From Microbotryum violaceum (Eukaryota), in the NCBI GenBank assembly GCA_001244265.2, contig CDLV01000005.1:806001-870000 (forward strand): a stretch of 64,000 nucleotides of DNA, in the 5' to 3' direction. Positions 51,698 through 64,000 of this stretch are shown one piece after another. How positions within the stretch are numbered: the stretch's first letter is position 1; every line of letters starts with the position of its first letter. A program made the translations under genes and the position numbers. The notes beneath the pieces were generated by a model. It was given only the letters and a program-made list of their open reading frames with translations. It did no database searches and was not told the DNA's origin.

Positions 51698-52209
51698 GTG
51701 GTGGAGAGAGCTTGGGGAGTTTTAAAGAGTATTCAGCCGACGACAGAGCACTGAAGTAAACATCTGTGCCGGCGTGAATAAAGGGCCTGGTCTGTGTCCA
51801 TGGATCTTAGAAAGGCGAGGGCCGAGGCGCGCCGGGAACAAGGGCCCGCTGATAGGGGCCGTGCGCTCCGCTGCGAAACAAAGGCCCGAGGCCGAGGCTG
51901 AAGCGGCCTCTGCGTGGGTGCGAACTACATCGTCTCGGAGATCCAAATCAAATTGCTTCGTTTGTTGCATTGTGAGCTTGTGGGTTGCTGAGCGCTCGGA
52001 ACTCGAGATGCCGATCAGTTGATTGACCTCGCCTAGGCCGCCCCCTGGTCATCAGCCATGCTGGCCAGGGCCCAGAGGGGCCCAGCGGCCAGCAGCAGCC
52101 TCCCCACATTTTTCCCGCCGAGGTGCATTTCTACTCCGCTTCCGTCTTTGTTCTTTACACTCGCCCTTCCTTTCGCATCCACGTTTATTCCAATCGACCT
52201 CTCAATAAC

Positions 52210-55200
52210 ATGGCTGTCACCGCTTCCATGTCCGCTACTGTCAAGTCTGTTCTCTCCGCAGATACAGTACGTGCTTCATCAACGTGGTCCAGATTGCTCG
52301 CGTGACCTCGGGACCGCCTTCGCTGACGTCGCAAAGTGCCGCCTTCCTCCCCTCCGTACAGCTCGTGTTGAGGGGCAAAGTCCTGTCGCCCAATAGCCTT
52401 CCTCGTGAACGGGTGGTCCATCTCGATGACGGCCTCACGGCGCCGCGAGTAGGCAACAGGGACCGCGAGGACGAGGTCAGTACTCTCCTTCGCTATCCCC
52501 CTCACCTTCGAAGGGCGACGAGCTTCAAACATGGCTCTCGTGGATTCATTTCGGTTCGATCGAGTCTCAATCCCATAGTCAATTGAGTCTTCAAGGTATG
52601 ACAGATGCTGACTGGGACTACCCCTCCGAAATGCACCGCCTCCGCGCCGAAATGCGCCACGTCAACGCTCACGATGACGACTGATCGATGGCTCGCACCG
52701 CTCACCGCTTAGCCCTGGGCGTTCGATGCTCGCGAGTACCTTCGTGCGCTCTTGGTCGGCAAGACGGTCAACTTCCAAATCACTCGCACCATCTCCACGA
52801 CAACCCCTCCGCTCGAGTTTGCGCGCGTCTTTTTCACCCAGCCTGACGGCGAGCAGCTCGATGTTGGTCTCGCCGTCGTTAAGGCTGGTTGGGCTAAGCT
52901 GCGCGACTCGCCCAAGGGAGCTGCCGACGGTGACGAGGATCCTCGTCGTGCCGAATTTGTTCAGGCCGAGGAGGAGGCCAAAGTCATGGCGCGTGGCATG
53001 TGGGCAACGAACGGTCCCCCCGAGCAACACGTCAATTTCTCCATGCCCGAGGACCCGTCCACTTTCCTCGCTCAATATAAGGGCCAGCCTCTCGACGCCA
53101 TCATCGAGGCCGTCCCTAACGGTTCGACTGTCCGGGCGCGCTTGCTACTTTCCCCAACTCACCACCAGGTCGTCGGTGTCGGACTCGCCGGCGTTCGTGC
53201 TCCACGTGCGGGCAACTTGTCCTCCGCCGACAGTTCCGCGCCATCGGGGGAGGAATTCGGCGATGAGGCCCGCTTCTTTGTCGAGACCCGACTTTTGCAA
53301 CGCATGATCAAGATCACGCTGCTGTCTCTCCCGACACCCGCCGTCGCTCCTTCGGCCTTCAACTCGTCTGGCCCTGCCGCTACGCCCGCTCCGGCGACCA
53401 TGTTCATCGGCACGGTCGCCCACCCTGCAGGCAACATCGCCGCGTTGCTCATCGCGACGGGTCTGGCCCGCATCGTTGACTGGCACGCCGGTTTCTTGTC
53501 GCAATCGCCGACGCCCGGTATGATGGCCGAGTTGCGGAAAGCCGAAGCCGAGGCCAAGGGCGCTCGACGTGGGGTGTGGAAGTTCCTGCCCGCAGCGACT
53601 CCGACCGCTGCGGCTCAGGCGGCTCAGCAGGAGAAGGAGCGCAAGTTTGAAGGTGTCGTCACTCGTGTTTGGGGCGCCGATATGCTCTCCGTCGTTAAGA
53701 CAGGCGAGACGAAGGAGCGCCGCATCCAACTCGCATCGGTTCGACAGCCCAAGCCTAACGACCCCAAAGTCGGTGGTCTGCAAGCCGAGGGCAAAGAGCT
53801 GATGCGCAAGAAGCTAATCGGTAAATCCGTCAACGTCAACATCGACTACATCAAGCCCGCCGAGGGCGACTACGAGGCTCGCGAGTGCGCCACGATCCGC
53901 GTCGCAGGTGGCGCCAACGTTGCCGAAATTTTGGTCGAGAAGGGTCTGCTACACGTCATCCGACACCGACAAGGCGACGAGCAACGATCGTCGGACTATG
54001 ACAAGCTGTTAGCCGCCGAGGCTAAGGCGGTAGCCGAGACAAAGGGTGTGCACTCGGGCAAGGAATACCCCGTCGGTCGCATTATCGACGCCTCCGAATC
54101 TGCGCAGAAGGCTGCACCTTTCCTCTCGTCATTCAAGCGACAAGGCCGAGCCGCTGGTGTCGTCGACTACGTCGCTGCCGGGTCAAGATTCAAGGTCTTT
54201 ATTCCCAAGCAGGACATCAAGCTCACGCTCGTCCTCTCCGGTATCCGTGCGCCCCGAACAGCACGAAACGCTTCCGAGAAGTCAGAGCCGTTTGGTGCCG
54301 AGGCCGCCCAGTTTGCTGGGAGAAAGTGCATGCAAAAGGACGTCGAGGTATTGATCGAGTCGGCTGACAAGAGTGGTGGTTTCATTGGCAAGGTCAGCAC
54401 GGCCAGAATATTTATATTCCGCGATGAAAGGTGTCGAATACTGACATAGCGGGTGTCTCTTTAGATGTTCTTGGGCAAGGATGACTTTGCTGTCTTACTC
54501 GTTAAGGAGGGCCTGGCCCGAGTCGACGAATACGCCGCGGAGAAGGGCGCCAAGGACCTCGTCGAAGCTCAGGACGAAGCCAAGCGGAACAAGAAGGGGA
54601 TCTGGTCCAACTACGACGCCGCCGCTGATGCCGCTGATGCTGCTGCCGCCTCCTCCGAACCCGCCGTCGCTCGTCGAGAATACGTCGACGTCGTCGTTTC
54701 CGACGTCCGAGGAAGCGCTGACTCACCCTTCTCTTTCGCCGTCCAAGTCCTCAGCTCGAACAGCTCGATCCCAGAACTCGAACGCCTCATGTCCGAATTG
54801 ACCGTCTTCCACGAAGAAACGTCGGGCGACCTCACACCTGCCAACTTCTTGCCGCGTAATAACGATCTCGTTTCAGCCAAGTTCTCGCAAGACGATGTTT
54901 GGTACCGCGCACGAATTCGCCGAGCGAACCCGGCCAAGAAGGAGGCCGAAGTGCTTTATGTCGACTGTAAGCGACTGTTACGAATGCTTTAGAAGTAGTA
55001 CTCACTGACATCCGCTTTATGTATTGCGTACAGACGGCAACTCGGAGACGATCCCTTACTCACGCCTCCGACCCCTTGCGGCGCAATTCAAATCCCTGGA
55101 GTCGCAAGCGAAGGACGCGACGCTCTCCTTTGTCACCCTTTTAGACCACTCAACCGAATACGGCCTCGAAGCCCAAGACCGTTTCCGCGACTTGTGCGAA

Positions 55201-55467
55201 GGCCGACAACTCGTCGCAAACGTCGACGCTCGTGATCCCGGTCTCTTGCACCTCTCCTTGTTCGACCCTAACGACCCTGAATCGGCCAAGGGCCATGAAG
55301 CTAGCATCAACGTCCAACTCGTGAGAGAAGGGTACGCTAGGGTCGATCAGAAGAGTCGCTTTAGGCAAGCGTACCCTCAAGTCGTCAAGGCGCTCGAGAG
55401 GGCCACCGAACAAGCCAAGAGGGACCGTGCCGGTGCCTACGAGCTCGGTGATATCTTCGAGGATTGA
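52210..55467 (+). CDS. SND1: Tudor staphylococcal nuclease (Tudor-SN)
   Basis: VKSVLSADT start, repeated SNase domains (LAGVRAPR, EEFGDEARFFVETRLLQR), Tudor AKFSQDDVWYRA..YVD.GNSE. Confidence 0.93.
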
Positions 55468-55668
55468 TCAATCGATCGCAATCATCTAATTATAACCCCC
55501 TTAACGCTGGAATCCAAAAGCGATACGTCGCCAGATCCCTCAGTCTCATTCCTCATGCTCTGTCGATGAAGGTGTCTTCTCAGTAGGGCCATATGCAAAT
55601 TTACGTGTCTATCCGATTGCAGTTGCTTCAATGACTAGGCAAACGTCCATCAAGGGAGAGAGAAAGAG

Positions 55669-58600
55669 CTACCTCAACCCGAACCCGTTTGAGCTTAAGT
55701 AAGCCAAAAACGGCTGAGCAAATTCGGGGTCGACCGCCTCGACGAGAGGACGGATCTGACCCGGTTTGGCCTGACTTAACTCGCTCAACTGACGCGCCAA
55801 GTGGGCCTGAGGATCAACGACATGAGCGACGGGGTCAGGTCGGACCCTTTCCGATGCACCGAGTTTGGAGAACGAGGCTTGGTAACCCGTTTCTTCGAGA
55901 TCGGCAACTTCGATCTCGTCGACGTCGGCGGAGACGTTCTTAGAGAGCGTCGCAGGGAGGAGGAAGAGCTTGAGTAAAGCTTCCAGCGTAGGGGACCATG
56001 CGCGGACGTGGGGCTCTTCAACCATGATCAACGAGTGGGTCAGGATGTTGGCGAGGCCGACGGCGATGACCTTGCGGTTTTGTTCTGGCGCTTTCTGCAC
56101 CTCGGGAATGAGCACGAGGAGGACTTGGCCGAAGAGACTGAGGGAGACGGCCGATATCATCAGTACACTGCGATTTCGCCAGGAGGTATTCTCACGTCCA
56201 CCTACCCTAGTTGGGGTTGCACCCCATCGAGCATCCGGACGACCCCATCAACGTCCAATCCAGGCTTGTTGATCGCTGCCATAAAGCAAATGAACCTCAA
56301 CAACCCTTGCGAGAATTTATCCGTCTTGCTAGTCTGCAACCTAGTCAGCAAGAGCATGAACACAGGGTTCGACATGTACTGTCGGATCGAGTTGAGCGGC
56401 ACGTATTCGACGATCGATTCGAGCAACTCGAAGCCGTACGCGTCGTTGGCCTTACTTCCGACGAGGTGCTGGAAGATACCGAGCATCGGCGGGAGTTGAT
56501 TCGCTTCGACGATAGAGGGTGCTCCGCGAGCGAGGAAAGCGCGCAGCAGTCGCACGAGCGCGGGAACGTTGCCTTTGGATTCCCACAATGCCGGGGTGAG
56601 CATCGGCGGTAAGAGCACGCGGTACGCCTCAGGGAAGTCGCCTTCGGCATGCAGCTCGAGCAACTGGGACAAGATTTGGAAGACGAAAGGCGTGAATTCG
56701 GATATGTCGTTCTGCAGGATGACCTGGAACAGCGGAAAGAGGGCGCTTTCGAATTCAGGTAGAGTCGAAGGGGTGCCAGAGGTGACGAAGCGTGCGAGCG
56801 CCGAGATGGACTCGAAGGTAAAGTGGTTGAATTTCGGGTTGCTCGGATTTTTAGAAATTTCGCCGAGGATGCCGGTGAGGTTCCGCAGAACAGTGACGTA
56901 GATCGGGGTCAGCGCCTGCCGCGAGGTGATGATGACTCGCATGACCGCTGTTGCATCGAACAACTTCTTTAGCTCATGCTCGACAAGCTATGATTTCGTG
57001 TTAGCGACTCACACTTCATGAGGTGGTCGTTCGCAGCGATCAACTGCGGCGTTTCGCCTCTGAGAATGACCTTGAACAAGGCGTTGAGGATGTTTTCCGA
57101 GTAAGGTCGAATATCGGCCTGGCCACAGAGGAACGCGCCGTTCTGCTTGATGAACAAAATGCGCTCGATCGTGATCGAGGCGTAGGTGTGAATAACGAAA
57201 GAAGGGTGCTCGATGTGAGGGACGAGCAAAGGGAGCACGGCGAGCAGTTGCTCTTTTGTGAGTTGGTTGCGGAACGTGTAGAGGAATTTGATGGCGTCAG
57301 AGAGGATGATGGGGTGGATCGAACCGGGAGCGGCTTGCAAATCGCCGAGGACGTGCTTGGAGAACCAGTCGACGACATCGACGAGCGCGTTCGTCGAAGT
57401 GACACCGTGCTGGGCTGTCGACCCCCGCGAGGCGATCGAGGTGAGCAAGAAAATTGCCGTGTCTTTGCTCTTCCAGTTGGTGGCCGGGTTCGCCTCGTAT
57501 TGCTACATGGGCCGAAGACTGCGTGTCAGCTTTCAGATCATCTAACCGGTCATGGCGCGGCCAATGCACATACCGAGAGGTATGCGCCGACGTATTGCAA
57601 CAAAAGCTTCGTGACCTGGCTCTCGAATTGCTCCATCAACGCCTTGGTGAAATCCGACGCGGCCTGCCTCCTCGTTTCGCTGCCTGAAAATCGCAGTTCT
57701 CAGGGTTCAGCTCGGGTCTCATCACAAATTCGATGACCGAGCGTGAACGTACTGGCACTCTCGAGATCCCTCCTGACGTACTCAGGAGCATCGTCCTCGA
57801 ACATTTCCTCTTCGAACGTCCGCAAAGTCATGTTGGGCAACAAGATTTTTTCGCAAATGGAAGGGAATGTGCCCTCGCCATCGAACAAGGCTCTTTGGGA
57901 CGGCATTTTGGCAACGACGCCAAGGAATCCGGTGGCTTTTGAGATAAGCTGACGAACACGACACGGAATGGGTCAGTGTTCTGCAACACTACGCAATCTA
58001 GTCTCGCACATGAACTGACCCCATCATACTTGACCGCCAAGCCCAACTTGGTCAATAACTCCCACGTCTTTTGGACGAACGGGCCGAGATAGCCTCCCTC
58101 GCCGAAAGCATCAAGATATCTCAGCGAGTACAACTGGGCAATCTCGCACACCTCGGCCTTAATGTTTTCCATATCTCCCGCTGCTTCCTCATCATCGTCA
58201 TCCGTATCGGGTGTTTGCAGTGCCGCCGATGGGGAGTAGTCGAGGTACCTGAGCAAGAGCGTCATGAAGTCGCCAAGTCGGTCCTCGAAGAATTCGGGCA
58301 AGTCCTGCGAGTTGAGGTCGTGGTAGATTTGAAGCAGGAGTAGGATCGTCTTGAGCAAGAGCGCGTGTTGGTCCGCTGTGAGGGTCGGCGACGAGAGCAA
58401 GGCATCCGTTTGCTGCGTGGGATTCGGGTCACGAGAAGATTCGTTTTTTGACCGAGGTCAGCGCGAGCCATGGGTCGGACAGATAGACGAGTGCATCACC
58501 CCACCTGGAAGAGCTGCTGGTAAGGAGCACAGAATCGATCGAGTACGAACTTGATCTCGAGGAAGAGGCGGTCGGTCCTGAACTCGGATCGCCACCTATT

Positions 58601-59336
58601 TGCGTATTCGCGTCGCGCGTCGCACGGCGGGAGATGAGGTTGTTAGCGTCAAAAGAAGCGCCTCTTCGTATCGAGAGCAAATCAGCTGACCTTCGGAATA
58701 TGGAATGAGCGGTTCGCAAGACGGCGATATTGACGACAAAGTCGTTGGGTGTGAGCGATTGCACGAGTTGCTGCCGGTTCAAAGGCAAGAGGAGCGATCG
58801 CGGCCGGTCAGCAAGGCGCGTCCACTCCTCTCCCGGGATCATTCCCAGCATTTGCTCATCTAAAACTGACATCGATCAAATTTTCCCACCGGTCAGGGAA
58901 GTCGGCTTCGGCCATGATGGCGATCGCTTCGCCGATCTGGACCTGCAAAGCAGGCGCGTTGGCGAGCGAGATCATGATCGCCACGATCGACTGCTTCAGC
59001 CCTTCGGCAGTCGAGCTCGTCAGCGGTGTCGGGGCTTCCTCGAGCTGTAGTTTCATAGCGTCGAGTGTCAGTCTGCGCCCGTCAAGCAGCCACTGTCCAC
59101 GCGCAACTGTGCGAACGCACCGCCCAATTGGCCTTGATCCAATTCTTGAAATTGAGCGCCGCACTCTGTCGAATCGTCTTGTTGCGATTCCCGTCCTGAG
59201 CCAACTGCAAGATCCACACCCCGAACGAAGGGTGCGCCTGGATCTGCAACAGGTTGCGTTCGGCCTGCCGACGTGTCGCCGCGGACGAGTCCAACGTCGA
59301 CGTGAGCATCTGCGCGAGCTGCTCCAGTTCCGCCAT
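55669..59336 (-). CDS. CSE1: Importin-alpha re-exporter (exportin-2)
   Basis: IBN_N RRQAERNL..AALNFKNWIK, ADFPDRW, SQDLPEFFED, EEMFEDDAPEYVRRDLE, SKNPSNPKFNHFTFE. Confidence 0.93.
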
Positions 59337-59625
59337 GTCGCTCGAGGTGTTCCGGGGCAAATCAAGGAGTTCTAATGTCAAGACACCACCGATCGGGTGG
59401 GTGGGTGGTGGTGGTACGTCGGGGGAAAGCGCGTCGTAAGTGCACGAGGAGGTCAAGAGCAAAAGCGCGGAGCGACGAGGAGCGCCCTCGCAGTTGAACG
59501 TTGAATGAAAAGGAAGCCAAAGGAGGGTGCATACACCCAGCCGACATATCACCAGTCCGATTTCATATCCTCCTATGATAGCAACAAGATAACTCAGACG
59601 CAAAAAGAATAGCTTGAGTGCCCCG

Positions 59626-61422
59626 CTAACACCGAATACCACTCGACCGGCCGACTCTTCGACCTCCTCCGCTAGCAGAAGATTCTTCCGCCCTTTTCCT
59701 CCGTGCCTGCTTCTTCAGGATCGTCTCCGCCATCAAAACAATCTCACGAGCTTCCCTCGTATCAATATCATCTCGGATCTCGTCCCCAGCCGAGACCTTT
59801 CTGGATGCGGTGGTTCTTCGTGTCTTCTTCGTTGGACGTGTGGAAATTTCGCAAGAACGCTCGCCGAGAACCAATCGCGGTTCGGAGCAGTTCCTTGTCT
59901 GCGCCGACGGTATCGGACCCTGGTGTTCGACATCGGCGACAGATTGGGTTGTAATATTCTGCTCTCTTTTCGTGACCGTCGAAGTCATCGGCATGATCGA
60001 GCGGATGAACGCCCTCTGTCGCTTCTTGACCCCTATCCAAGCTTGCGGATCCGCAGCTCTCCACTCCGTCCTGATCCTGTCCATAAAGTCATCACAGTCC
60101 GCCATGACTATAACCAGAACCGAAGAATGACATGATCAAAATCATAAGTAAAGGTCCACATTTCCGGCGACCCCAAGTTCCGCGGAGACTGACCATGATA
60201 ATCAAACACCTCCTCCCAAGAACTCGCGACCCTCTCCCGATTGACCAAAACGCACATCCCACCCCTCGCTCTCACAGCACCCGCAAAACTTCTTGCCATC
60301 TTGACGAACCCATCGATTCGAAGACTGCTGCCGCATACGAGGACAGTCGATTTGGAGGATGTCGTGATTCGCTAGACGGACGATCGTTTCCGAGTGGGGG
60401 ATGAGTTCGTCGTAAAGGAATATGGAGGGGCGAAGATAGGAGCGGGACCAGATCGTTCGTTTGCCTAGGATGGAGCGATTTTGCACTGATATGATGTGGG
60501 AGTCAGTCTAGTCCAGCACGTCTCGGTTAAGATTGCAAACTCCGAAGACTCACTTCGGGCTTGACACTTTGGGCAATCAACCTTCTCCCCACTAGCCCAT
60601 TCTTGCACGACCCAAGCTCCACACCATTCCTCGTGGTCGCATTCACTACATCTCGCGTCTTGAACTGTGCCATGCAATTGCACCGTATCCCCCCTCTCCT
60701 TTCCCATCCCTGCGCCAGCTCCCAACTCGACGTTGCTCAACCCACCGCTCCTTTCGAAGCCATCGATATTCTGACTATACACCCTCCCCAGCTTGCGCAT
60801 CACGTTCAACTCGCCCAAAAAACGATGTAGACTTGTCACGCCTCTCGAGGAAAGACTTGAGGCAAGACTTTGATCGACTTGGTTTTTGAAGGAGGCGAAG
60901 AATTTGAGTGATTGGACGCGGGTGGAAGGATTGCGGAAGGAGGAGGAACTGAAGAAGGATCGGAGCTGAGTTGGGGTGGGATCGTCTTGCGACGAGGTTC
61001 GAGCTTGGCTTGATGTACTGGCTTGAGAGGAGCTGGGGGAGGACGAGGCTTCGTCGCTGAAGGGGGCGTGCGCTGCTTCGGACGTTGAACGCGGAGTCTG
61101 ACGGGAATACCAGCCTGTTCCCTTACTCCGAAAGTCCTGCAGTATGAAACAAAATGTCGGCACTCCTGAACATCACTTCGTAATCGAAAAAAGCTAGTAG
61201 ACCCACCGTTATTCCAGCCTTTGTACTCGCTCCCGCTCCAAGCATCACGATCGTATTGCGAGCTTGAGCCATGGCTGTTGCGATATCCGACAGCGCCAAC
61301 GAGACCTCTTCCGGTTCGAGGTGTGGAGGTGTTGATGCTGGATAGGCGATCAGCATCGTGCTGATGCACAAGTGGATGCGTGGGGATGGATAGCAAGAGT
61401 GATGACCGGCGCGATCAGTCAA
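59626..61422 (-). CDS. Sirtuin NAD-dependent deacetylase, HST3/HST4-like
   Basis: GAGASTKAGI..DFRS, YSQNIDG, QLHG, CxxC...CxxC, LRPSIFLYDE, VLVN; start approximate. Confidence 0.85.
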
Positions 61423-61588
61423 TTAATTTCACACGTCGCGTCGCGTGTTTGCTTGGGCCACAACATTCATCTCTGCCTCGGGGGTTTTCAAGTTCAGATC
61501 GCCGCTCAGCGCTCATCCGCAATTTTCATTCTTGTTCGGTATGTTCTCGAACATCGAGTCAATAACTTTATTTTACCTTCAGAACAAG

Positions 61589-64000
61589 TTACAATTCCTT
61601 CTTCTCCCCCTCATACCCCTCCATCGAGTTCTGTTGTTCCCACATACCTCGATAAACCCCATCCTCCTTGGCCATCAATTGCGCATGAGTGCCTTGTTCA
61701 GCGACGTACCCATCCTGGAGTACGATGATGAGATCCGAATCGGCAACTGTTTTAAGACGATGGGCGACGAAGACGGACGTGCGTGCTTTGGACAAGAGGG
61801 TCTGGTTGATGTTCTGCATCAACGCGGCTTCGGTCGTTGAATCCAGAGCCGAGGTCTGAGAGAGCAAGTGAAACTCAGCAACGGAGAATCCTTCCCCAGC
61901 TTCGTGAAGTGCACTCACCGCCTCATCAAAGAACAATATCCTCGGGTCCTTCAATAACAATCTCGCCACCGCCAACCTCTGTTTCTCCCCGCCCGAAATC
62001 ATCAACCCCCTCTCCCCCACCTTGGTCTTCCATTTCTCCGGCATACTCTCGACCGTCTCACTGACCCTCGCCAACCTCCCCGCTTCGTGCACTTCCTCGT
62101 CCGTAGCGTCCAAACGACCATACCTCACATTATGCAAGATATCGGAATGGAACAAGGGTGTATCCTGAGGAACGACCCCGATCTCCTTCCTCAACGATTC
62201 GAGCGTCACTTGATCCAAAGGTTGACCATCAATCAAGATCTGTCCTGAAGAAGGTTCGTAGAAACGGAACAAGAGGCGAAAGACGGTCGATTTGCCGGAG
62301 CCGGAGGGGCCGACGATGGCGACTTTTTTACCGGCGGGGATGGAGAAGGAGGTGTCCCGGAAGATGGGTCGGGAAGGGTGGTAGCCGAAGGAGACGTTGC
62401 GGAATTCAATGCGGCCACCTTCGTGGAGCGATAAGGGCTTGGCGGTGGGGGAGTCCTGGTGAATGGGACGCAGATCAGCTGGGAGCTCAGAAATGACTTT
62501 TCAAGGGAAGAGCAACTGGCCTTGATGGCTAGCCCGACGGACTGCAGGCTAAACAAAGTATCCATGTCGATCAAACTTTGACGTAGTTCGCGGTAGACGG
62601 TACCTGCAAGAGTGAGGCGGAGCCGATGAGCTTAGTACATAGTAGAGAATACCATCCGACCCAAACATACCGAGAAAGTTGAGCGGCAACGAAAGCTGAA
62701 ACACGAGCTGATTGATCATGACCAAATCGCCCACCGTCATCGCCCCGTTAACGATCCCTTTGGAAGCAAGATACATCATCGCCGTCAAGGCACTGGAGAA
62801 AATGACGTTCTGGCCAATATTGAGTGCCGCGAGCGAGGTCGAGATCTTGACCGAAGCTTTGGTGTAGTCCTTCATCGCTTGGTCGTATTGTGCAATCTCG
62901 AATTTCTCATTGTTGAAGTGCTGAAGTGAAGTAGACGGGACTCATTAGTCTCATTTGTGGGGCTTTGGACCTTGGGGCTTACTTTGACGGCTTCATAGTT
63001 GATCAGCGAGTCAACGGACATGGTCGCCGCTCGATTGTCAGCAGCGTTGGCTTGCTTTCGGAACTTGGTCCTATCGGCACTTCGATCTAAGCTCGGCGAC
63101 CAAAAGTACATGCGAGCTTATGTGACTAACCTCCATGACGTCGTCTTGATGGTGAACCACGTGTATGCTCCCATCGTGGCCAATGTGACCGCAGCAAAGT
63201 CCCAGCCGAATTTGTAGGACTGAAAAGGGATCGGGTGAACGGATCGAGTCAATTCCTGAAACTGGGATCGACGCAGATGCGGAGATCGACTGACCAAGAT
63301 ACCGCACACCATTGAGATTTCGAGCGCCGTCGGAACGACGTGGAAGACGATCGAGCTCAGTAGGAACGAAATACCCCTGCGTGCAGAGAACAAAACTGCA
63401 CGAGGTCAGATTTTCACCCTGTCGTATCCTCAGTGGGGATACCTTCCCGAGACCCACTTTGTACCACGATCAATAGCCCGTGTCAGCCCACCCGTTTGTC
63501 TTGTGAGGTGGAACTGAACGTCGAGGTTGAGTAAATGGGTGAAAACGCCGCGTGCGACTCGTCGGATCGCCCCCTGAGCGACATTGGCGAAAACTGCGTT
63601 GCGCAGTTCAGAAAATACACCGGCTCCGATACGTGCAAGACCGTCTGTGTGGTCATGTGGAGCCGCGCATATGAGCCTCGCATAGACTGCTGGTCTCATG
63701 GAGGCGAACAAGACTCACATCCAATGATGACCGTCCCGGCAATGGCGAATGCACCCCCTCCGGTGGTAGGATCAATCTCGACATTGAGAGTGTCGATGAT
63801 GCTTTTGAAAAAGAATGGGACTTGAATGTTGAGGAGCTGTTTCGGAGCAGGCATGTGATTTCGATTAGCTCGTTCATCGGAACAGCAGTAGCCGCCCACA
63901 TGAAGCTGGTGCTCACTTTTCCACCCACGAGCAAGCCCAACGCCAACAGAACCCTTGTCTTTGTGGACCAATCGTTCTTGGGCCATACGTTGGGCACGAG
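61589..64000 (-). CDS. ATM1: Mitochondrial Fe-S cluster ABC half-transporter (5' end outside the window)
   Basis: [58 protein letters not shown]. Confidence 0.93.

Overview
Eukaryotic, intron-rich, GC-rich fungal DNA, most consistent with a basidiomycete yeast (Microbotryomycetes/Rhodotorula-like; inferred from GTRNGT..CTGAC..CAG introns and gene content). Housekeeping genes include SWC5/BCNT, a SAM methyltransferase, a CAP59-like GT69, an APT1-like hydrolase, Derlin, DNA polymerase eta, an ARID protein, Tudor-SN, CSE1, an HST3/4 sirtuin and ATM1. The accessory left end (1-10.5 kb) holds REase-like/kinase paralogs, a decayed Ty3/gypsy element, and a divergent USP deubiquitinase-like gene bracketed by a 564-bp inverted duplication of its own promoter and first exon. 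The most striking signal is two independent head-to-tail stacks of 5'-truncated, poly(A)-tailed L1/Tx1-type non-LTR retrotransposons from at least 3 families (~31.0-38.9 kb and 45.65-47.6 kb). Each stack starts ~55-70 bp upstream of a tRNA gene with the element 5' end facing the tRNA, suggesting a Dictyostelium-TRE5-like, Pol III gene-targeted LINE system in a fungus. The second stack splits a GH18 chitinase exon (GAG target duplication). Its partner tRNA-like gene lies in that chitinase's intron and has an atypical TTA anticodon. Coordinates of multi-exon genes are gene spans read by eye, and exon borders are approximate.
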